A stretch of DNA of 41,900 bases from a virus (lineage: Duplodnaviria > Caudoviricetes), in the IMG/VR virus record IMGVR_UViG_3300037461_000072, positions 1 through 41,900 of that record; one strand, 5' to 3'. Positions 1 through 7,550 of the stretch are shown here, one piece after another. The notes beneath the pieces are model-generated. The model saw nothing but the letters and a program-made list of their open reading frames with translations, did no database searches and had not been told where the DNA came from. Both the position numbers and the translations under genes were made by a program. The stretch's first letter is position 1. Every line of letters starts with the position of its first letter.

Positions 1-166
1 CTACCTTCTTTATCAGCGAGTAGAAGTTGACTAGCGTAGTAAGATCCCTGAATAGGCACATCAAAGTTACACATATACTCTTGTTGATACAGTGCATCGT
101 TCCCATCTTTCCTAAATATTTCGTCATACTCTTGGTTTAGAACTTCCGGAGAGATAGCCTTAGTCT
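1..166. repeat. Terminal overlap, left copy (circular genome / assembly overlap)
   Basis: Matches 41735-41900 except C31/T41765 and G39/A41773. Joining the ends restores an intact terminase ORF. Confidence 0.97.
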
Positions 167-740
167 TCTCAACATCCAACACTTCCGAGTACCATATGTC
201 CGGATACTGTCTTGCGGTCTCTAAAAGCGTGTAGCCGTGATTTTTACCTCTAGGGGTATAAATGAAAGCAGCCCAACCACCATTCTCAGCTAGTATCGGT
301 CTAACATAATCCCATGCTTGAGGATTCTGCAAACTCCATTCGCTAAATACACAACCGACAGGATTAGATCCCATGACTGCATCAATATTATCTGTACCAA
401 CTAATCTGAATATTGATCCGTTATTAGTCTCTATCAGCATTTCGCTATCGTTAGTTCTTTTCCTTAGTTCTTTTGGGATATAGTCTATAAACTTGAAACC
501 ATCTCTAGTCATGCCATCCCATATTACCTTCTTAGCCTGTTTATAAGTTGGGAAGAAATAGTAGTAAGAGCCGACTCTCTCATACATAGCCTTAGCAATA
601 TAGTTCATCATAGTAAGATCTTTACCGGATCTTCTATGCGCTACCCATACAGCACGTTTATATCCATTATCTAACGCCCTAAGAAGTGGTAACTGATATT
701 CTCTGGGCTTGAATGTTTCAATCGGTAGGGTTATCTCCAT
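1..740 (-). CDS. terL: Terminase large subunit, N-terminal ATPase half (continues across the join into 41734-41128)
   Basis: Absent from the ORF track. ATG at 740 reads MEITLPIETFKPREYQ...VWVAHRRSGKD (Walker A)...YFFPTYKQAKKVIWD...GCVFSEW (Walker B)...FIYTPRGKNHGY. The joined ORF is 1347 nt (448 aa), in frame. Confidence 0.95.
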   Translation of the reverse strand, partial: MEITLPIETFKPREYQLPLLRALDNGYKRAVWVAHRRSGKDLTMMNYIAKAMYERVGSYYYFFPTYKQAKKVIWDGMTRDGFKFIDYIPKELRKRTNDSEMLIETNNGSIFRLVGTDNIDAVMGSNPVGCVFSEWSLQNPQAWDYVRPILAENGGWAAFIYTPRGKNHGYTLLETARQYPDIWYSEVLDVEKTKAISPEVLNQEYDEIFRKDGNDALYQQEYMCNFDVPIQGSYYASQLLLADKEG

Positions 741-1107
741 ACTTTATTATTTTAACTGCTGTGATTGTGTGTTCCATCTTCTCAGGAGCGTAGTTTCCTT
801 TTATCTTATATGCCATGTCCACTCCGGCTTTGACTGCATTAGCATCTATATCCCCAGTATCGGGATCTATCTTATTCAAAAGCGCATTGTGTTTCTCAGT
901 GATTAAAGAATCCGGCAAATAATATTCTACCCACTCCCTGAAGGACTTAGTAGATGTTATGTGTTGGGGGTTCTTTGAATATGCTTCAGAGTATCCGGCT
1001 TCTCTCATTGCTGCACTGACGCTAGTTCCACCATTTTCCAACAGCTTCTCAGCAAGTTTTCTTCTTCTAATGTTAGTTGGAGCTTTAGGTTTTTCCTTTA
1101 TAGCCAT
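718..1107 (-). CDS. terS: Terminase small subunit
   Basis: Directly upstream of and overlapping terL. HTH motif SAAMREAGYSEAYS. Start moved to ATG 1107, 6 nt downstream of TATAAT. Confidence 0.8.
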   Translation of the reverse strand: MAIKEKPKAPTNIRRRKLAEKLLENGGTSVSAAMREAGYSEAYSKNPQHITSTKSFREWVEYYLPDSLITEKHNALLNKIDPDTGDIDANAVKAGVDMAYKIKGNYAPEKMEHTITAVKIIKYGDNPTD

Positions 1108-1340
1108 ATGAGTATTATACCTGAATAAATGCCGGTGATGAGTAGTGTGTTCCAGTACTCCTGCCCAAAGTACCAAAACCAAAAGATATTTTAGGGTATA
1201 AAAGTTCTACCACTGCTCATACCTAATAATTATTATATCAAGAATCTTTTTATCTATCCACCAATGATGTTTATATCGTTTATGAAATAAAAACAGCTTA
1301 CAGGTCATTCTAGAGCCTATGTTTTTCCCTATAGCTACAA

Positions 1341-1901
1341 CTAATACCCAAAAAGCTCGAAATCTTTAATAAAGTACTCAGAAACTATATTTTTTACTTC
1401 AGGAGTGTAATATAAATCGTAATTAGCAAACTTACCTTTATTCACATGAGGTAATTCTGTATGTTTTATTCCCAACTTATCGCACACTACATCGAAATCA
1501 TTTTGGAGGTTCTCAAATCTACCTATAAAATCTACAACCAGCTTTCCTTCTACAGAGATGAATTTATTTTGTTCTCTCAGAACCACCTGTTTATTAAAGT
1601 CCGACTGTTCCGTTACAAATTTATATATCTTCTGCTTTATTATGTTTCTGGGCAATTCTTTATTTATTACATGGTTTAGAACACCGGACATGAATCTATC
1701 GTAGGGATTTCTGACAAACGCAAACTTAAAATAATTATCTAGGATATCAGTCTGAGTAAGTTTAAGCATGGAGTTATAGAAAGACATATCCGCATGTTTG
1801 TTATATGCATCAGTAAACGGCTTAACTTCTTCTATGCTAGATCCGGCTGTCTTTGGTATATGAATATATATAAATCTGTATCGACTATTACACTGACTCA
1901 T
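1341..1901 (-). CDS. Sulfotransferase family 2 protein
   Basis: PAPS-binding motifs FIYIHIPKTAGSSI (5'-PSB) and FAFVRNPYDRFMS (3'-PB), plus DFIGRFENL and DFELFGY. Confidence 0.88.
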   Translation of the reverse strand: MSQCNSRYRFIYIHIPKTAGSSIEEVKPFTDAYNKHADMSFYNSMLKLTQTDILDNYFKFAFVRNPYDRFMSGVLNHVINKELPRNIIKQKIYKFVTEQSDFNKQVVLREQNKFISVEGKLVVDFIGRFENLQNDFDVVCDKLGIKHTELPHVNKGKFANYDLYYTPEVKNIVSEYFIKDFELFGY

Positions 1902-1904
1902 TTA

Positions 1905-2144
1905 TTACATCAACTGCAACAATAAGAAAGCTAAAAACCCTGCAAACGCCACCATAACCGCTAAGAAACCAACCACCAACATTACATGATCGTTCTGACT
2001 TAAAAATAAAGGCTCGGCACTAGCGATTGTTCTTACCTTCTCCTTACCATATTCAGGACTATCTTTCCCCAAAGCTTGATCGTACTTAGCTTCTAAACTT
2101 TCTACATCATAAGGATCATATTTTTCTAGCAGATCGTATTTCAT
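1905..2144 (-). CDS. Small membrane protein
   Basis: C-terminal hydrophobic helix; GAAAGGG SD. Confidence 0.6.
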   Translation of the reverse strand: MKYDLLEKYDPYDVESLEAKYDQALGKDSPEYGKEKVRTIASAEPLFLSQNDHVMLVVGFLAVMVAFAGFLAFLLLQLM

Positions 2145-2165
2145 ATATCCCTTTCAATTAAATAG

Positions 2166-2867
2166 TTACTTAGAATTAGCCTTAAAAAAGGCGTGTGCAA
2201 ACCCTTTAGGCGTTATTGCCCGTCTTGCTTGGCGGTCTAACTTTCCAAACCATTCCGGAGCGATATCCCCCGACTTCATATAATCAAACTTTGGTAGTAC
2301 CTGACTGTTAGACTTATGTTTCTCTATCTGTTCAGGTGTTAGTACTGTCTTTATATCCGTAACTGTCTTTATAGGCTCATTGAAGTATCCCCAAACCGCT
2401 GTCTTTTTCTTATATGCATCTCCAAACTCCCATGGACTGAATGTAAACTTGGGGTTACCTAAAAACCATTTGAGCCTACCGTACCACGGGTTCTCTAATG
2501 CCCAAAACTTCAACGGAGAATACTTTTGTTGGTCGGACTTGGTTCTGTACTGCAACTCCCATATTATAGACAGACAGGCGTGTACTATTCCAAAACCTTC
2601 TTGCAAGTTTCTTGGTTCTTTTGCTTTTGTCCGGGCATCTGAAAACATTGTGCAAGGTGGCGCGGCAAGTACCCCGTAAATGTCTTTTATATCAACAACC
2701 ATATCCTCAAAACTATCGCTATGAAAGTATAACTTGTCGGCAATAAAGAACGCCTCATTCACATCATATTCCGGCAGGGTTATCACACGCACATCGTACC
2801 CATTCTCTTTATAAGGCAGACCCCAAGAGCCCGTACCCCCACATAAGTCTAAAATAATGGGTTTCAA
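2166..2867 (-). CDS. DNA cytosine-C5 methyltransferase (compact phage type)
   Basis: Motif I ILDLCGGTGSW, catalytic AAPPCTMFS, motif VI ALENP. TTG start with GAGGAG SD. Confidence 0.85.
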   Translation of the reverse strand: MKPIILDLCGGTGSWGLPYKENGYDVRVITLPEYDVNEAFFIADKLYFHSDSFEDMVVDIKDIYGVLAAPPCTMFSDARTKAKEPRNLQEGFGIVHACLSIIWELQYRTKSDQQKYSPLKFWALENPWYGRLKWFLGNPKFTFSPWEFGDAYKKKTAVWGYFNEPIKTVTDIKTVLTPEQIEKHKSNSQVLPKFDYMKSGDIAPEWFGKLDRQARRAITPKGFAHAFFKANSK

Positions 2868-2957
2868 CTATAATCTCCTCGCATACATAAAAAATAAATA
2901 ACTCCACCAACAAAGCGCAAGTAAGATAAATAATCCGCAACCTAATTCATTTTGCAT
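2868..2957 (-). CDS. 29-aa hydrophobic peptide
   Basis: MQNELGCGLFILLALCWWSYLFFMYARRL; fills the gap between neighbouring genes exactly. Confidence 0.45.
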   Translation of the reverse strand: MQNELGCGLFILLALCWWSYLFFMYARRL

Positions 2958-3099
2958 GTTTGGCTTCATCGCATTTAGGACAGTAATACCTTACTGAATA
3001 ACCCATTAACCACCTCTCTCTATCAAACTTCATTTTAGTACCACACTTAGGGCATTGATTCTTACGCCTTATTCCTCTTAGGTACATCCAAAAGTTCAC
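2947..3099 (-). CDS. Small zinc-ribbon protein
   Basis: CPKC...YCPKC. GTG start overlaps the TGA of the upstream gene. Confidence 0.65.
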   Translation of the reverse strand: MNFWMYLRGIRRKNQCPKCGTKMKFDRERWLMGYSVRYYCPKCDEAKHAK

Positions 3100-3332
3100 T
3101 GCTTACCCCCTTTAGTTTGTGATAGGTACTTACGAAGTTGTATCAACCTTATAGGGTCTTCAAAACCTCTGTTTTCTTCTCTATCTACCCAATCAACAAA
3201 CTCTCTTAACGCTCCCTCCCTTTCCTTTTGTATGAGGGTGGAGAATTCTTTAATTAAGTAATATTTGCAGTCCATAACTAAGCTTATATCGCATCCATTT
3301 AATATTTCTTCAAGTTGTTCTGTTAGTTCCAT
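3096..3332 (-). CDS. Hypothetical protein
   Basis: AGGAG SD; operon packing. Confidence 0.6.
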   Translation of the reverse strand: MELTEQLEEILNGCDISLVMDCKYYLIKEFSTLIQKEREGALREFVDWVDREENRGFEDPIRLIQLRKYLSQTKGGKQ

Positions 3333-3472
3333 TATTTATTCTCCTTATTAACCGAGCCATCAGCGTGAGCCATCACTCTACCTTTTTGTAAATCTTGTAT
3401 CTGCTTCAGAAGTTCATCTATCTGTGCCATAGGATCGCCAAACATTTTGTTAAGATATTTTTGTTTTCTCAT
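3332..3472 (-). CDS. Hypothetical protein (46 aa)
   Basis: MRKQKYLNKMFGDPMAQ...; its TAA overlaps the next ATG. Confidence 0.55.
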   Translation of the reverse strand: MRKQKYLNKMFGDPMAQIDELLKQIQDLQKGRVMAHADGSVNKENK

Positions 3473-3479
3473 CTCCAGC

Positions 3480-3493
3480 CCTTATCTACCCAA
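3480..3493. repeat. 14-bp direct repeat CCTTATCTACCCAA, copy 1
   Basis: Identical to 3987-4000. Confidence 0.9.
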
Positions 3494-3494
3494 C

Positions 3495-3644
3495 TTAGTA
3501 CGACCCCGACCTCGACCACGACCACGACCTCGACCTCGACCTCGACCACGACCCCGACCTCGACCTCGACCTCGACCACGACCCCGACCCCAACCACGAC
3601 CACGACCCCGACCATAAGGTGTTTACATTAGCGAGTTGAATCAT
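3495..3644 (-). CDS. Low-complexity (W/R/G-Ser)n repeat peptide, 49 aa
   Basis: ATG overlaps the upstream TGA (ATGA). Reads MIQLANVNTLWSGSWSWLGSGSWSRSRSRSGSWSRSRSRSWSWSRSGSY. Confidence 0.7.
   Translation of the reverse strand: MIQLANVNTLWSGSWSWLGSGSWSRSRSRSGSWSRSRSRSWSWSRSGSY
3501..3614. repeat. Hexamer tandem repeat (CGACCH)x19
   Basis: Counted directly; one unit is CAACCA. Confidence 0.97.
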
Positions 3645-3976
3645 TTTTGGGTCTTAGGAAGATCGTGTTTCCACGGGAAAATATCTACTATCGACTGAAC
3701 ATTAAGCCAAGCAGTTCCCACAGGCTCAACCTCGTCAAGAGTCCCGTCTTTAATAGCACCCATAAATCTACCTGAGTCCGCTACCCAAGAAGCGTCTTTT
3801 AATTCAAAGAATTGCCCGACTAACTTAGTTACTTTCCCGACCATGTGGTAAGTCACAGTTCTTATAAATAACTTCTGACCTACAAAATCAGCTAAACTAT
3901 CTACATCTATCGTATCCTCACCTAATTGAGATTTTATTCTCTCGTAGGTTTCATCTGAAATTTGTATTTCCCTCAT
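3641..3976 (-). CDS. Small beta-barrel (Sm/SH3-like, DUF6948-like) protein
   Basis: VGQKLFIRTVTYHMVGKV...LKDASWVADSGRF resembles phage DUF6948-type proteins (by recollection). AAGGAG SD. Confidence 0.6.
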   Translation of the reverse strand: MREIQISDETYERIKSQLGEDTIDVDSLADFVGQKLFIRTVTYHMVGKVTKLVGQFFELKDASWVADSGRFMGAIKDGTLDEVEPVGTAWLNVQSIVDIFPWKHDLPKTQK

Positions 3977-3986
3977 TATCTATACT

Positions 3987-4000
3987 CCTTATCTACCCAA
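3987..4000. repeat. 14-bp direct repeat CCTTATCTACCCAA, copy 2
   Basis: Identical to 3480-3493; includes part of the SD of the gene starting at 3976. Confidence 0.9.
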
Positions 4001-4021
4001 GCTAATAGCCTGAGCAAAAAT

Positions 4022-4321
4022 TTAATTACTAGCTTCCTCATATAAAAGATGGGAAAGAGCTTTGATGATTTCTTCCTCTTGTTCCCTTGTGTACCTTACG
4101 TTTAATCCCGATACCTCAAACATGGCGTGTAACACCTCATGCCAATAAGTCACCTTCTGTTTCTCTAACGCCATATCATCAGCAATCCTTATTTCCAAAG
4201 TTGAAAATTTAGTATGACCGTTACCTTGCTTCCCTTCCTTATTCTTCAATTCTTCAGCAGGTACGACCTTTACATCAAAATATAAGTTTCCTATTTTTAC
4301 TTTACTTGGTATGTTTTTCAT
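4022..4321 (-). CDS. Zn-metallopeptidase-like protein (ImmA/IrrE-like HExxH)
   Basis: YWHEVLHA plus downstream EEE. Likely start MKNIPSKVKIG. Confidence 0.7.
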   Translation of the reverse strand: MKNIPSKVKIGNLYFDVKVVPAEELKNKEGKQGNGHTKFSTLEIRIADDMALEKQKVTYWHEVLHAMFEVSGLNVRYTREQEEEIIKALSHLLYEEASN

Positions 4322-4330
4322 ATAGTGTGA

Positions 4331-4380
4331 GGGGATAGGTACTGTCTGCAATTTGCAGGTTCAGTTTATAACCTATCCCC
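4331..4380. other. Long imperfect hairpin just upstream of the peptidase start
   Basis: GGGGATAGGT/ACCTATCCCC outer stem; inner ACTG/CAGT and CTGCA/TGCAG stems. Confidence 0.75.
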
Positions 4381-4587
4381 ATTTAGGCTCAACGCCTATT
4401 CCTCTCCTGTTGCCTCGATCTCCTCTTCACGCAGTTCCCACCTCGAATCTTCTTCTTCATCGGGCATGTTCTTCATGGCTTTTACCTCCTTGTAAGCTTA
4501 CTTCTCAAGACGTACAGCATATGGGAGTGACCCACCAGTACCCGACATCTTCCGATCCAACTCTTTCCGCTTCATCTCACCCTCCTT

Positions 4588-4662
4588 AACAACCGATTTG
4601 TTGTTCCAGTTTGGAAACTGGTTAGTGCATATAACTGCCGCTACCAAGATAGTTATACGCAC
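4588..4662 (-). other. Three consecutive intergenic hairpins
   Basis: 12-bp stem 4625-4636/4651-4662 (G-U on the minus strand), CCAGTTT/AAACTGG, and AACAAC/GTTGTT. Confidence 0.65.
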
Positions 4663-4677
4663 CTATCAATTCCCAAA

Positions 4678-4908
4678 TTACCCTACGACTTTATCTACCA
4701 AATCCGGATCTATCTTTCCGTTCCTGATAGCTCGGCTGTATTTTCTTCCTACAGCAGTCAACACATCTGCTACCATGCTATCCGGAAGAAGATCGAATCC
4801 GGAGTACTCAATGCTTTGCAATTCTTCCCTGTCTATTGTGATCTCAACCGTTAAACGAACCCTGCCCTCATTCAACAGTGCTTCTTTTGTTAATTTAGTT
4901 ACTTTCAC
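4678..4908 (-). CDS. Hypothetical protein
   Basis: GTGA overlap with the upstream gene. Confidence 0.6.
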   Translation of the reverse strand: MKVTKLTKEALLNEGRVRLTVEITIDREELQSIEYSGFDLLPDSMVADVLTAVGRKYSRAIRNGKIDPDLVDKVVG

Positions 4909-5252
4909 TCTAACCTCTCTTTAACCACATTTATAAACTTTTCAATATACTTCTTATAAAACTCGTCAAATTCTCCCTTTCCCCCTTCTTGCTCCCATAA
5001 CACATACAGCGTGTTTCTCAGTCTGTTAGAAGGTGTCTTAGTTTCTATCTCTTTATCTATCTTGTACTTCGGAGCGTTTTTCTCTTCCAACGGTACAAAT
5101 GTTGCATCTATATTTACTCCCTGTAACCTCATAAACTCTGCCTTTTCTTCCGGACTAAGTTCCGGAGTAGTCATAGATATCCCCAAGCTACCATCCACTT
5201 TAGATCTTATACCTGTAATTATAATATTAACTTGCAGTGTTTTCATTTTCAT
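4905..5252 (-). CDS. Conserved phage hypothetical protein
   Basis: KTPSNRLRNTLYVLWEQ..FDEFY motif, familiar from small phage proteins. Confidence 0.7.
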   Translation of the reverse strand: MKMKTLQVNIIITGIRSKVDGSLGISMTTPELSPEEKAEFMRLQGVNIDATFVPLEEKNAPKYKIDKEIETKTPSNRLRNTLYVLWEQEGGKGEFDEFYKKYIEKFINVVKERLE

Positions 5253-5460
5253 CCATCTCTTTCGGAAGCACTGCGGATATCACTATCGTATCGTGCTTTC
5301 CGTAAACTTTATCTATGAACATTAGAGCCGGAACGAAACCAAACTGTTCTTTTAGGTTGATAACTACCCTTGCACGAGCAATGGGATTATCTTTTAGCTT
5401 TGCCGGTCTTAGTTGCATAACCTTAATCATCTCTTCTTTTTTCTCCGGATACTTCTTCAT
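5227..5460 (-). CDS. Hypothetical protein
   Basis: Overlapping operon packing. Confidence 0.6.
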   Translation of the reverse strand: MKKYPEKKEEMIKVMQLRPAKLKDNPIARARVVINLKEQFGFVPALMFIDKVYGKHDTIVISAVLPKEMDENENTAS

Positions 5461-5723
5461 AATTGATATATCCTCGTCTTGTTATTTTTCAAACTGTTAA
5501 AGTACTCAAGCGGATTCACCTGTGCGGTATTTCCGTAAAACTCATCCACCATATCCCCCAGTTCCTCCGTATCGTGAAAGTAGAACGTTACCTTACCCGA
5601 CTCTCCCTTGATCAAGTCTAGTGGGTTTACTTTCAAAGTTAGGTAAGATACCAGAGAAAGATCTGTAGTGCTAAATACATCTCTTTTGTCTTCTACCACC
5701 TTCCCTGTCATAATTCTAGCCAT
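5457..5723 (-). CDS. DUF5659-like protein
   Basis: FSTTDLSLVSYL...KVTFYF...FY....VNPLEYFNSLKNNKTRIY pattern. Start trimmed to the ATG after AAAGGA. Confidence 0.7.
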   Translation of the reverse strand: MARIMTGKVVEDKRDVFSTTDLSLVSYLTLKVNPLDLIKGESGKVTFYFHDTEELGDMVDEFYGNTAQVNPLEYFNSLKNNKTRIYQL

Positions 5724-5808
5724 CTTTAATCCTTTATAAATTACTACTTGGTAGACTCCTAGACTGGAGTGAAGGAATCTACCCCCCAGTCTAGAAGTTT
5801 GTATCGCC

Positions 5809-6396
5809 TTAGAAATTATCTGCGATAACCGAAGCGAAATTCTCTGAATACGGACAAACGCTCTGATGTTGAACGCCTGTATTGTAATAACATACCGCTT
5901 CAATTATGTTATTTCCGTTAGTGCTTAGCCTTTCCTCGTACCATTCGTTTACTCTCTCTGTCACCTGTTCGAAACTGTCGTAGCATTTCCATGAAGTCTT
6001 ACTCTGTGCATAACCGTAACCATTGAACTTACCTTCATCTTTACACCCGTCATTCTTGCCTGAAGTGCTTTCCAAGAAGTAGACTGTCTTCAATAACGGA
6101 GATAATTTATACTGCTCTATTATCTCCATATCAGTCTTTTCCGGTACAACCGGTTCAGCAATAGGAGAAAGAATCTGTATTTCGGGTTTATCTATTGCAT
6201 ACACAAAGTTCCTAATTACTATGGGTGATTGATATTGATGCCAAGCTCTCCAATCTGCATATGCTTCTAAAGCAGCAGCCGCACCAAACATCCCTGCCAA
6301 AACGAACACGATATAAAGTATAGGTCTAAGAACAATCCTACTTTCTTCTACCGCTTTTTCATTGTTATTGTCATTTAATATAGATATGTGTTTCAT
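5809..6396 (-). CDS. Membrane-anchored lysozyme-like (SLT/glucosaminidase-like) protein
   Basis: N-terminal TM helix; LESTSGK (candidate catalytic Glu), FNGYG and YYN. Confidence 0.55.
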   Translation of the reverse strand: MKHISILNDNNNEKAVEESRIVLRPILYIVFVLAGMFGAAAALEAYADWRAWHQYQSPIVIRNFVYAIDKPEIQILSPIAEPVVPEKTDMEIIEQYKLSPLLKTVYFLESTSGKNDGCKDEGKFNGYGYAQSKTSWKCYDSFEQVTERVNEWYEERLSTNGNNIIEAVCYYNTGVQHQSVCPYSENFASVIADNF

Positions 6397-6427
6397 TTAT
6401 AATTCACCACCATTCTATAGTACAAAT

Positions 6428-6667
6428 TTATAATACTACCCAGTCCTCTCCGTTCATGTCACCATCACTTAATATCCAGTTATAATCTTTTCCATCAGGC
6501 TTGTGTAAGGTAAGAACCCCGTTCAAAAGATGCCCATAATATTCCCTATCTTCCCACTCAACCTTATGTACTTTCTTTCCTTCCATGACCTTTCCAAGTG
6601 CTTCAAAAAACTTGTACATCTGTTCTGCTTTTACTTTATTCTTTAATACCGGAGACTTTGTAGCCAT
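6428..6667 (-). CDS. DUF2829 / Thoeris anti-defence Tad2-like protein
   Basis: F.EAL....GKKV....W...W..S..DM..EDW family signature. Confidence 0.75.
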   Translation of the reverse strand: MATKSPVLKNKVKAEQMYKFFEALGKVMEGKKVHKVEWEDREYYGHLLNGVLTLHKPDGKDYNWILSDGDMNGEDWVVL

Positions 6668-6864
6668 TATATTTGCCTCGAAAGAACTTTAGTTCTCAAA
6701 TTTATTAACTCTGATAAAGATATCTCCCCTAGTTCGTAACAGGCTTTGTAGAACAATAACCAGCTACCCATTCTGTAATACTCTTTCTTCTGATCCCTGA
6801 CAGTCATAGAAAATATCTTTCTACTTAACTTATCCATATTGGATTCTCTACCTCTAACGTACAT
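6667..6864 (-). CDS. Hypothetical protein
   Basis: Operon packing. Confidence 0.55.
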   Translation of the reverse strand: MYVRGRESNMDKLSRKIFSMTVRDQKKEYYRMGSWLLFYKACYELGEISLSELINLRTKVLSRQI

Positions 6865-6867
6865 ATG

Positions 6868-7146
6868 TTAATTCTCCGATTCCGGATTGTATTCTCCATC
6901 CGGCAAAATATGTAACAGCTGTAACTTATAACAAAAGTCGCAACCATCTTCGGGGGTAGCAGTACACTCGTGGTCATTGTGAGTTTTCAGATAACCGATA
7001 GCCACATCAGATAAATGTACCCAGCCACCGCCTTCCGGATGAGAAACAATAAGGTAAGACTCTTCCTCTATTCCGGAAAATATCTCCTCCAAAAAGGTTT
7101 CTAGTTCCATCAATGTTTTTTCATCGTAGAAACCCACTTTAACCAT
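6868..7146 (-). CDS. Hypothetical protein, possibly Zn-binding
   Basis: H.C......C..C motif. Confidence 0.6.
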   Translation of the reverse strand: MVKVGFYDEKTLMELETFLEEIFSGIEEESYLIVSHPEGGGWVHLSDVAIGYLKTHNDHECTATPEDGCDFCYKLQLLHILPDGEYNPESEN

Positions 7147-7550
7147 TATCTAAACTCCTTAATAACTTTGTTTAGTCTGACTTCTTTTTCATCTTCAGCC
7201 AAACTCTCCCAATCTTCGGGCATAATCAAACCCTTGTTTTCAAGACCGGCTTTCAACATGCGGATTTTCCAATCATTTTTATCTTTTTTGTCTTGGCAAA
7301 ATATGTCCCCAAAAGCCATTACTAAACTGATAGACTTTAATGAGTTATCTTTAGCTTCGTCTACAATGGGTCTATCCTCTATCTCCAATTTGTATTCTCT
7401 AGCAACGTAATTTATATGCCTTGAGGTGGTAAATGACCAATAACCGTGTCTATATAGCTTTCCAGCTTCCCTATCTATTGTGGCAACGTGAGTTGTATAA
7501 CTTATTACGTTGTCTCCTTCTATGTGAAGGTTTTGTTTGTAGCGTTCCAT
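7146..7550 (-). CDS. Conserved phage hypothetical protein
   Basis: SYTTHVA...WSFTTSRHINY motif; TAATG coupling. Confidence 0.65.
   Translation of the reverse strand: MERYKQNLHIEGDNVISYTTHVATIDREAGKLYRHGYWSFTTSRHINYVAREYKLEIEDRPIVDEAKDNSLKSISLVMAFGDIFCQDKKDKNDWKIRMLKAGLENKGLIMPEDWESLAEDEKEVRLNKVIKEFR

Noticed and set aside
3501-3614. CRISPR array or DGR variable region
   Set aside because: Units are 6 bp with no spacers. No reverse transcriptase or template/variable repeat pair was seen in the genome.
3395-3631. Plus-strand Thr/Pro-rich ORF
   Set aside because: Antisense shadow of the hexamer repeat. All neighbouring genes are on the minus strand and the minus ORF is translationally coupled.
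5457-6396. Host assignment to Patescibacteria/CPR from DUF5659-like and lysozyme-like genes
   Set aside because: Only suggestive. These families also occur in other phyla, so spacer or prophage matches are needed.
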